From the NCBI GenBank assembly GCA_048128005.1, contig JBEUKZ010000132.1:185654-205653 (forward strand): a stretch of DNA of 20,000 nucleotides, written 5' to 3'. Shown here piece after piece: positions 11,048 through 20,000 of the stretch. Source of the stretch: Veleropilina oligotropha (lineage: Eukaryota). Below the pieces are notes generated by a model. It was not told where the DNA came from. It was given only the letters and a program-made list of their open reading frames with translations, and ran no database searches. Position numbers and translations under genes: made by a program. The first letter of the stretch is position 1, and each line of letters starts with the position of its first letter.

Positions 11048-11612
11048 GATGATTGATATCATAATATTTAACCAATATTACAAATATATTTCACCATTGC
11101 ATACATGTATACTATGCAACAAGCATTCAACGGTTCAAATGTTGGTCCCACAACTCCGGCAAAGTATTAAATATATCCCCCTAAAATTAATGCATCTGGT
11201 GAAGCCACTCCTTGTTCATCGAGTTCCTGCCAGCTTGCAGTGGTGCTGAGCTGGCATCCCTACATAAACATCACTTGGAGTTTTTCTTTTGGCAGCTTTA
11301 TAATCTCAAGTTTCACAAACTTGCTGTTATGATTACAGGTCATTACCCAAGCCAGGCAGTGCACATATTCAACCAGATTATGGCAATCAGTTTACTAAGG
11401 AAGCAGTCTGGTTCAGTCTGATTATCACTCTAAGTAAACAGAAACTGGCTGATTAACTGTTTATAACTCTTGTGATCATTCATGTCATTAGCAGTTAAAT
11501 TAATCTGATAGACTTGAATTTCCTGTCGAACCACATTAAATTTAATTACTTAATCAAGAACATAAAATCGAAAGGTAGCAACTCAAACGAGCTAAGAATA
11601 TTTATATTCGTT

Positions 11613-11742
11613 TTGAAACAATAACATCTTTAGAGAAATGGGTAAAATATCCTGGGAAATAACATGATTAAATTGTTAACATTTTAATCATGTTATTTCC
11701 CAGGATATTTTACCCATTTCTCTAAAGATGTTATTGTTTCAA
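11613..11742. repeat. 130-bp spacerless near-perfect palindrome
   Basis: Two 65-bp arms centred on tgtt|aaca (11677/11678), with a single T:T mismatch (11673 vs 11682). Confidence 0.97.
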
Positions 11743-12067
11743 TGCGATCCCAGATGCCAAAATGAGACAAAAAACTCAAATTAAAATAGTCATATTAAAA
11801 GGTAAAATATGAAAACTGATCCATTTTTGCTATTTCCACATTGAACAATCACCATAATGCTAAAAGCGAAGAAGTGTAAAATGAAAAAACACGGAAAAAA
11901 AATTGAAAATTTCTTTGTCCCGAAGAAATTATTTACAAATAATTGAACCTTTAACATTTATGTCTTTGACTACAATTATTCATTCCGATGATTTACATAT
12001 AAGAAAATATAATATAAATAAGGTTTGTGCACTTTACAATACACTTGTTTTCAACGTAATCAAGTTC

Positions 12068-12710
12068 AACTAGCGAATCCTCGACCCAGCAAGTCGAGAG
12101 AATGTATCCCCTCTCACGGTAGCACCGTGTCCTCATCATACCAAAAACGTATACCAAATTTTAATATAATTAGAATAGTACTCTTCACTGTAGATCGCAA
12201 TAAATATCTTCAAATGGAACAGCCGCTGCGACGGCCACCTTGGATCCGAAAACAAAAGGAAATCATTAGGCGGCGTGTCCTCATCATAACTAACATGCAT
12301 ATCAAATTTGAATCAAATAGGAAAATAACTTTTCACTGTAGAACACGCACAAAAAATCTCTTCAAATAAAATGGCAGCCATCTTGTATCCGAAAACGACG
12401 AAAATCTTTAGGCGGCATGTACTCATTCATAACGAACGCGCATACCAAATCGGATAATAAGTTTTCACTGTAGATCGCACATATATGAAATCTCTCCAAA
12501 CAAAATGCCCGCCACGGCTGCCATCTTGGGTCCAAAAACGACGAAAATCGTTAGGTGGCGTGTCCTCATCATAACTGACGTGCATACCAAATTTGAAATA
12601 AATAGGATTAGAACCTTTCACTGTCGAGCGCACACAAAAAATCTCGGCGGCGGCAGCTAAACGATGACTAAACCATACTATCCCGATATGTTAAATTTCG
12701 GGGATACAAC
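12068..12710 (-). mobile_element. Helentron/HINE-like element with about 4 internal ~143 bp tandem units
   Basis: aactag terminus, hairpin ctcgac(12080-12085)/gtcgag(12093-12098), subterminal inverted repeats gtatcccc (12104-12111) / ggggatac (12700-12707), a partial IR tatcccga at 12679 and a (GGC)n microsatellite. Same family as 928-1495. Confidence 0.85.
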
Positions 12711-12779
12711 AATTCTAAATACTCAATATTAGTATTATTATTTAAGGATAACATTTGTGACTGTCAATACTAAATTTAC

Positions 12780-12801
12780 CTACTGCAAAATTCTGATTCA
12801 T
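12780..12801 (-). CDS. CYTH: Candidate alternative ATG exon B of cytohesin: MNQNFAV(D), in a 35-nt exon 12780-12814
   Basis: tttatttctgcag acceptor at 12815-12817, ATG at 12801, and AG|GTAAAT donor in phase 1. G+AT restores the Asp of the DLT motif. Confidence 0.55.
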
Positions 12802-13306
12802 TAACAGAGTGAAGCTGCAGAAATAAATCCACTGTAAGTAAGATAGACAGCCCATCATAGCAAGATGTTACCCATGCAAGCCATACACATGCACCACTCA
12901 TATGCATATATATATAAATTGAATATATCATATGTATATATATATTCCAGAATCCTTTAATTACTGTCATGAATATTCATTAGCATGCTGTCATTCAATT
13001 CTTGTCATTGAAACTGATAAAGGGGAAGCTAGTGCGGGAAGTACATTGTATAAAATAACACAATATTGTAACACTAAATTATAATCCCGAAAATTCATGA
13101 TATTGGATTGGTTTGTTGGCAACTTTGTTTATGATCACTTCAGACAATTTACAGTCTACTCACAGTCAGTACACAGTGACAGGGCTTATGTCTTGCTCCG
13201 ATTTGGTCAACATATACTATAGGGCAAATGCCCCATATTATTTAATAAGCTAGATCCGGCAGCATGCTATTAATTGGTTTGCCAAAAATGTGATAAAACT
13301 TACGAC

Positions 13307-14467
13307 TACTGTAAAATCATTAATATTCGTGATTTATTAATAACATTAATTTTAATCGTATGAGATACACTTCTTAGAAAATTATGTATATATGTGAGTG
13401 CACATGATAGTTAAAGGGATATAATCGCAGATACCTACAAATCGTTTGATTCATTTGATAATCAGTATTTATAACAACAATAATTTGATTATCACTTAGT
13501 TCCTATCTGATAAAGCCATTTGTTATCAATTGCCTGCATCGAGACACTTCCTGGTTGTTATTCATTAAATAATGGCTTAAATATAATCTGTAATTAACTT
13601 ATCTATAATTTCACTCGTGAAATTATGGAAAATAATTTCACTATCGTGTGAATGTATAAAAAAGTGTGATAACGACGATTACATGATGTAATCACATAGA
13701 AACGTTGTCCTTGGCATCGTTATATTAAATGGCGAACTACTTTTCAACATTACAACGTCAATAGCGTGCGCGTTCGTTTTCCCCAAAAACATGGCGAAAC
13801 AATGTTAACATTATTTAATTGATAACTAACCCATTTATATAACAAATAGAGTATTCAATGTTATGTCAGAAATATTATTAATGATAAATATAGTAAATAC
13901 ATTTTGTCTCGTGAACTATATCCTAGCCTCTGGCCTTTCGTGAATCTGCTAGGATATACTTCACTCGACAAAATATATTTAATATTTCTGACATCAAAAT
14001 ATATTTAATATTTCTGACCATCAAATACTCTCTATTTGCATGAATTCGCTTCAAGATTTTCAAGTCGATGTTGACATGGGCTACATCGCCATTATCGGTT
14101 CACTCATGTTCATGCACTGGTTGGCTTCTTAAATATCTATGTATTCTTTGTTAACGATTAAATTCATAGGTTGCAGCTCTTCTATACAAGATGCATAATT
14201 GAACAAAGGAATAATACTGTTATCCTTAAGTATTGTGATTAAATATAAAGAACACAGCGGACGAGTGTCTGCATTGTCTTCATTCTAATTTTACAATTAT
14301 AGTTTAGATATAAATGTAGGCCTACAAGTACTTGTCAGAAGTACACATTATGTGCAATCTATTATTATCTAAAATATGAAATCCACGAAATTATGAGCCC
14401 TCGAAAATGTTATTTTTAAGCAAAACGACAAAAATGTATACCCTTGAAAATAAAGTCATTTAAAGTA
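13307..14467. mobile_element. Old TIR element with degenerate ends, flanked by TA, carrying nested sequence
   Basis: Left end tactgtaaaatcattaatattcgtg resembles the reverse complement of the right end, tactttaaatgactttattttcaag. Subterminal acgaaa/tcgaaa-like repeats lie at 14383-14450. Confidence 0.5.
13843..14038. repeat. Imperfect foldback (nested inverted repeats), probably transposon-derived
   Basis: Paired segments caaatagagtatt/aatactctctatttg, atgtcagaaatatta/taatatttctgacat, attttgtc/gacaaaat and tatatcctagc(13917-13927)/gctaggatata(13948-13958). The right arm has a ~26-bp direct duplication. Confidence 0.85.
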
Positions 14468-14860
14468 CCTCTAACATTGTAGTACGGGAAATATTAAAAG
14501 TGGGACTTGTTGATTTTATTGGGCAAAAATACATACATGTGATATCAGTACAAATATATAAAATTGAAATATAAAAAAGATCACAAAGAGTGAAAGTAAT
14601 AGACAAAGTGTAATTTACAAACATGTTTAAATTTCGAATGTGGCACTCTTGCTGTGACAAAATTTAAATAGAGTTGTTATCTTTTCTCCAACTCGATTGT
14701 ACAAAGCATGCATTGTTATATGGAAGAACCATGCCTTGTTACTCACAACTAAAGCAGAATTGATTTAGTCGGTGATTAATCGAGGAATCTAAATGATTAA
14801 TTTGGCTGGCAATAGACGGATAGTCAACAACTGGCCGATATTTGGACATCCAAAACTTAC

Positions 14861-14912
14861 CCGTAATATTGAATGTGCTTTCGGCTTTCGTGCCATCAGC
14901 TAAAGTTGACAT
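14861..14912 (-). CDS. CYTH: Likely first coding exon A of cytohesin: MSTLADGTKAESTFNIT(D)
   Basis: accATG context, 52 nt open, perfect G|GTAAGT donor in phase 1. G+AT gives the Asp of DLT. A CpG-richer patch with TGACGT lies just upstream (15035-15060). Confidence 0.75.
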
Positions 14913-15702
14913 GGTACCGCTTTAAGAATGTCGGGAATAGCCAGAGTGAGTTGAAATGGAACAGACTTTCATTGTTTTGTCCGTATCACCTGTCACTTCA
15001 CTTTATCGAAAGCCATCAACTTTTTTTGACAAGCCTCGCGAAGTCTCGCAATGACGTGATTATGTTAAATATTTAATTACAAAAACTAATATAAAATATT
15101 GTGATGACAAATATCTGTAACAAAATGAATTATAAGTAAGTGTAACGTTAACATATATTTCAAAGAAGTTGTTACAGAAAATTATATTTAAAGTATAAAA
15201 TTATAAAAGAAATCCCATGATCCTCTGTTCAGTATGGCGGCGGCCAGTTAGTGTGGGCTAGAGGGTGTCAAAAACATTTTTATTACAATATTTGCTTAGT
15301 ATCCTAAGAATTTAATGTTCATCTAGTATTGGAACCAATTGTAAATATGTAAATTAGTTGAGGGTGAGCTTAAATGCATGCTTTAATATTACTGCTTCCA
15401 TGATCTGACTCACGAAAGTGGAATTTAATTTTTCCATTTTTTAGGCACTACATTTACAGATTTTGACATTTGACTCTTTTTTTCTTGATACCGGTACTTA
15501 GGTAAAATAGGCCTTCTTGATTTCTGGTAGAAATTATCTTTCTGTATTGTTTACAGTAGAAGTTGCATTTAAATTTTGTATGATCGTTTTTATTTGTATC
15601 TGTATAAATACGTGGAAGAATCCAATGCTGGCATTATTTTATGAATATTGTGTCATGGTGTGACGAAGTTGAAACATTCCGTAATACGGAGCAACGTCAC
15701 AA

Positions 15703-15712
15703 GTCACGTGAC
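15703..15712. promoter_or_regulatory. Perfect extended E-box GTCACGTGAC (CLEAR / MiT-TFE / USF consensus)
   Basis: Exact 10-bp palindrome in a CpG-richer patch with nearby TGACG/CGTCA half sites, between the candidate first exons. Confidence 0.45.
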
Positions 15713-15913
15713 GAGCATAGTAACCGATAGCTTGGGTTAAATAAAGCAGATAATCCGGTACTCCAACAACGTTAGAGCCTGCTATAGTTCCTAATCAGAC
15801 TCTATCGGCTGAGCTAATATTTCTCACCGCAGAATATTCTAATGGTGAAAATCGTGGCCCGTGGCGAAAAACACTAATTCATTTCAATAAAGTAACTACA
15901 GTTTATCACTTAC

Positions 15914-16030
15914 TTGCATTGGTATATGTTCCTTTATATCAAATAACACCGATAAGCTACTTCGGAACACAAAACGGTCGGTTTTAACTTTTACAATGTA
16001 AACAAAAGACGGTCGCCATTTTGTGACGTT
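15914..16030 (-). promoter_or_regulatory. Candidate non-coding first exon / distal promoter (5' boundary approximate)
   Basis: Minus-strand YY1-type motif CAAAATGGCGAC (16012-16023) next to a CGTCA half site, CpG-richer sequence, and a CAA|GTAAGT donor at 15913. Could supply the acceptor at 12814. Confidence 0.5.
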
Positions 16031-16275
16031 AGCATTTCGTTTGACTGTTAAACATTGACAAATAATGCGTTTTATCATACATTATCATGACAACAAAATC
16101 ACTAAAAACTAACTTAAGTATTTACTGTTTGTTTCACTGTATTTTTAATTAGTAATTTGCTCCAAAACCGTTCCCGACGAAATCCGTCGGGAACCTGCTC
16201 GTCATAAAAGGTGTTCGGATATATGAGGTAGGATATGAAAGGCACGTCAACCCGGTCTCATATGTTATAGGAGTA

Positions 16276-16541
16276 GGCGGAGGACGAGGAATGATGCTTA
16301 ATGTCCTGTATATTTACAACATCGAGGTTCAAGGCAGGACATGTCCGTGTTATTGCGGGAGGAAACCCCGGTTGTCCGGGTAAACCCGCCCTCTTCGGCC
16401 AGTCACGGACAACTGTGATTCATAACTTGAACAAATTTCAATGCCTCAGCCAGGTATGGAACCCACTACTGTTCGCATTAGCGGAATCAAGCCAGTGAAT
16501 TTAGAATGGACACTCTACCCACTGCGCTGCCAAAGCGGCCC
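16276..16541 (-). mobile_element. Full-length tRNA-derived SINE with a V/Meta-like central motif and a 13-bp TSD
   Basis: Exact TSD tgttataggagta at 16263-16275 and 16542-16554. The minus strand starts GGGCCGC and has an A-box-like GGCAGCGCAGTGG, a B-box-like GGTTCCATACC, the central gggtttacccggacaaccggggtttcctccc motif and a (CCT)n-like tail. Confidence 0.92.
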
Positions 16542-16708
16542 TGTTATAGGAGTAATAATCTGGTAGCAGTTGAAGCAGTTATCGGAAGAGACTGAGTTCG
16601 CTTGGTTATCGGCTAGGAATACCCTTTATTTTTTTTAAATCTTACAAATACGAAGCTGACCTATCATCGGAAACATTTGCTAGACATAAGCTTGTCAAAA
16701 GCAAAATA

Positions 16709-16914
16709 AACTAGAAATATGTCCATCGGACACGAATGCCCCCACTGGCAGCCTTGACCATAGGGGCAGTGTACAACGTATCAAGTCAATCCATGAAGGC
16801 AAATAGAAATTATAGCAGATTGGAGTTGCTTACACGCAAATACTGGTTTCGGGACGGACGTGACGGACAAGAGTAAATCTAAAAGAAAACCCCAATAAAT
16901 TGGTGGTGGCATAA
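16709..16914 (-). mobile_element. Short HINE-like element
   Basis: aactag terminus, tgtcc-atc-ggaca hairpin, subterminal atgcccccac / gtggtggcat, and a (GACG)n microsatellite at ~16852-16868. Confidence 0.7.
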
Positions 16915-18649
16915 ATATCAAGATCAATTAATTTAATCATCCTAACCTCAGGATTAATTTAAAGAACTGAAGCTCACTAGGCCTATACATAGCTTGTAGA
17001 TGACGTCATGCAATCTCATAATTCTTAGACCGACGCCATTACTGAGGGAATGGAATAACACAAGGGATATAAGATTACAGTATAAATCGATACAAATATG
17101 TTGAAATAAAAATAAAGATGGAAATACACGGAAGTGTTGTGACGTTACTTGCAATATATATTGTCGTTTGGGTTCGATTTGGTTTTAAATAGTTCATCCA
17201 ACAGCAGAGCCTTCGTCATTTAAATTAAATATTAAATTGATCCAATTTTTGGCTATTACAGTAGTAGCCTCTTAGTTATAGCTTATATTTCACTTGAGTC
17301 TTACAATTAGTCTTAATTATAAATACCTTTTGTTCTAAAGTTATTTAAGTGTCAACGATGGCAATAGCGTTGAACATCCATCGAATATAAACAACAGACT
17401 GTCCATCAAAATCTGATATATCGATTCACATTGACTTGATAACACGTATAGGCGCCAACGGTAGTCTCTTTGATTGTGCATGCAAATGTTATATCCATTG
17501 TAAAGTGAAAAACAATTTTCGCATTCCGAGTGTATTACGGTATTTAATGCTAAATTTATTTCGTATATGCCATTGGCACTGTAGATTTTCCAAATATGTG
17601 CGACACGTTACGTTTAACAGATTTCTGCACAAAAGCAAAATAAAATAATAAATGCTTAAACGTGTTAGTAACTTACTATTGGAAATGTAGACCTACTACA
17701 AATTGTTTGTTTAATATCGCCGTATCAGACGTTAGAGGAAGAACAATATTTTATTGCGGAACGTTCAAATTGCGCAAGCTTGGTTTTCAGTCAAACGATT
17801 TTGTAGATCTATGTGTTTACAAGAAACAATCAGTGCCACACATAAATGTTATCAGCTTGGCAATGACATCCTGTGCTCTCAATTGGATTATCAACAAGAC
17901 AATAACCATTGAAATATAACAATTAGCACTGCAGCATGGTACTAATTAATGAACGACGTATGTGCTCTTTGCATGACTTGCAAGTCGGCGAAACATTCAA
18001 TTATCCATCGGTAAATCGATAAACAGTATGTACTGGCACTATAATTAATAGGCCCACTACATTTAGTAATTTACATACGGTAATTTAAATAATGATATGC
18101 ATCAAATGTAGGTACCAATTAACTGAAGCCTGTATACAACTAAACAGCAGCTTATTAAAAATATATATTTTCTTTCTTTATTCACTGCCGTTTAAATCGT
18201 TTTCTCGAATTGCGGTTGCGACATCTTCATTTCACTTTCGTGAATATTCAAACGTTAACTGAATGGTCTTTCACACGTATTTAACTGCACTCATGTTATT
18301 GATATCTAGAGATATTTACATATTGTTCTGTATTCATTTGATTGACTACGCAGATAGCATTCCCCCAGTGATGGCGGACGACTGGCGATCACGTGGTTTT
18401 GGTCACGTGTCTGCAACCTATGTATAACTGTTATTCAAAATAAACTGTTACCTTGCTTGTTTTCATCAATTTAAATAAAAACATTAGAAACTAATTAGCC
18501 TTCACATATTGGCATGCATTGTAGTCTTATTGTTTATATAACAATTTAATACTGACTGCAGTGAAATAAATGTTGAATAAGAACGAACTGGTCAAATTTA
18601 ATTCCCGTGTTTATGGAATGCTATGGCTGCCTTCTGTTCAGATAATTAA

Positions 18650-18737
18650 TTATATGCGGTGGATGCGCCATTATACGCGGTAGATACGCCAGTATGCGCG
18701 TGGTTTTGCCATTGCATGCAGTGGTTATGTCATTATA
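18650..18737. repeat. Degenerate left edge of the 21-bp minisatellite
   Basis: Units grade from atgcggtggatgcgccatta to a clean tgcagtggttatgtcattata immediately before the inserted element. Confidence 0.75.
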
Positions 18738-19568
18738 CAGCGTTGAACTTAACTGGCGAACGGTCGTTCAGGTTACGCATAGGTCGCCAGTTTTCTAATA
18801 ACGGCGAACGGTCAACAGGTTGCCACCATCGCTGACACTGTAGTATTTCCGGGTTAGCAGAGTATATAAAACTCATTCAGTTACCCAAATTCACAATAAT
18901 TCTCAAGAAAGGTATGCATTGAAATTACCAAGGCTAAAATATGAACTGGTTATTTACCTTTTATTATTTAAAACACTCGGATAATGCTGCCGAAGTCTGC
19001 TTACAGTAGCCAAACTTTCGATACATGACACCATTACACATCCAAGTCGAGGATACATTTTCGAACCCACGCTTTATATCATTTACATTGTCATGAGTTG
19101 CAAAGAGTTCGCACTGAGTTATAGCACATGGCTGACTCTGGTGATATTCAGCTGCAGCTGGTGAAATTTAGATACAGCTTGATATGCTGATGTTAAGATT
19201 ATCAACAAAACAACATAATTTCATTTTCGGAATTGTTAATAATTATATTGTGACATGAGAATAACAACATAGAATAAAGATATATATTTTAATAAATTAA
19301 TTTAAGTATTTTTTCACATTTTTGTTGAATCAGATAATGTTAATAGTTAATAGTGTTTATTGTAATTTAAAGGGAATATGCATGTTATTTTCAAGATAAA
19401 CAGTATTAGACAAAATTGAATGTTAATTCTTGGTGACTGCCAGTAACAGAAGTAATGAAATGAATTTATGCCGGTAACCTGTTTTAAAATAGGTTACCAG
19501 AAGTAAATTTGTGGTAACCTGTAAACAGGTAAACAGGTTACCACTCCCGTTCTTTAACTTCAGCCCTG
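18738..19568. mobile_element. 831-bp non-autonomous hAT-like TIR element with a 6-bp TSD
   Basis: TIRs cagcgttgaacttaa / ttaacttcagccctg, attata duplicated at 18732-18737 and 19569-19574, and subterminal caggttac/ggtaacctg and ggcgaacggtc repeats. No transposase ORF. Confidence 0.85.
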
Positions 19569-19918
19569 ATTATATGCAGTGGTTAAGTCATTACGTGCGG
19601 TGGTTATGTCATTACGTGCAGTCTGAGTGGTTATGTCATTACGTGCAGTGGTTATGTCATTACCTGCAGTGATTATGTCATTACGTGCAGTGGTTATATC
19701 ATTACGTGCGGTGGTTAAGTCATTACGTGCCGTGGTTATGTCATTATGAGCAGTGGTTATGTCATTACATGCAGTGGTTATGTCATTACGTGCGTTGGTT
19801 ATGTCATTACGAGCAGTGGTTATTGCATTACGTGCAGTGGTTATGTCATTACCTGCGGTGGTTATGTCATTACGTGCAGTGGTTATCATGTCATTACGTG
19901 CAGTGGTTATGTCATTAC
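19569..19918. repeat. 21-bp minisatellite (gtggttatgtcattacgtgca), about 16 copies
   Basis: Directly visible and explains the four overlapping repetitive ORFs. The two indels are +6 (~19621) and +3 (~19887). Confidence 0.98.
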
Positions 19919-20000
19919 CAGTGCTCTACGCTCAATTTTCAATCCAGGAGCGCAACGCTCCTTAGTTTTAAGATTTAGGAGCGCAGATTAAAATTTAGGA
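19919..20000. mobile_element. Left end of a second hAT-like element, running off the window
   Basis: The array stops abruptly at cagtgctct, followed by subterminal repeats aggagcgca (x2), atttagga (x2) and inverted cgctc. Confidence 0.6.

Noticed and set aside
12025..12633. 114-aa and 68-aa ORFs as possible transposon proteins
   Set aside because: They fall within non-coding HINE tandem units and show no Rep, helicase or transposase motifs.
13298..13303. Minus-strand GTAAGT as another first-exon donor
   Set aside because: The nearest upstream ATG frame stops (ATG ATT TTA CAG TAG) and the sequence is a transposon terminus.
16400..16541. tRNA gene
   Set aside because: The pol III boxes belong to a SINE head. 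No cloverleaf is evident, and it is followed by a SINE body, tail and TSD.
17000..17146. Perfect CRE (atgacgtcat) and ETS-like cggaagtg; also paired CACGTG at ~18390-18409
   Set aside because: Short motifs that are expected by chance, with no associated exon or start site that I could support.
19569..19918. CRISPR-like array
   Set aside because: Head-to-tail repeats with no unique spacers, no cas genes, and a spliceosomal eukaryotic context. The same applies to the HINE arrays.

Overview
AT-rich animal genomic DNA. A bivalve mollusc is inferred from the repeat families only. The window holds the 5' half of a cytohesin (Sec7-domain Arf-GEF) gene on the minus strand. Five internal coding exons (8015-8088, 6191-6255, 5794-5860, 5050-5168, 1508-1588) splice in frame and encode the coiled coil and the start of the Sec7 domain; the rest of the gene lies left of the window. 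Upstream are up to three candidate alternative ATG exons, all ending in phase 1 (14861-14912 best, then 12780-12801 and 11023-11047), plus a likely promoter region at about 15.0-16.1 kb. Introns and flanks are packed with non-autonomous mobile elements: at least seven Helentron/HINE-like elements (some with internal satellite arrays and nested insertions), a tRNA-derived SINE family (one full copy with a 13-bp TSD), MITE-like TIR elements, and two CAG-terminated hAT-like elements inserted into one 21-bp minisatellite. There is also a 130-bp spacerless near-perfect palindrome. I see no convincing new multi-gene system. The most unusual items are the palindrome, the 6-bp-TSD element and double insertion in the minisatellite, and the alternative cytohesin N-termini.
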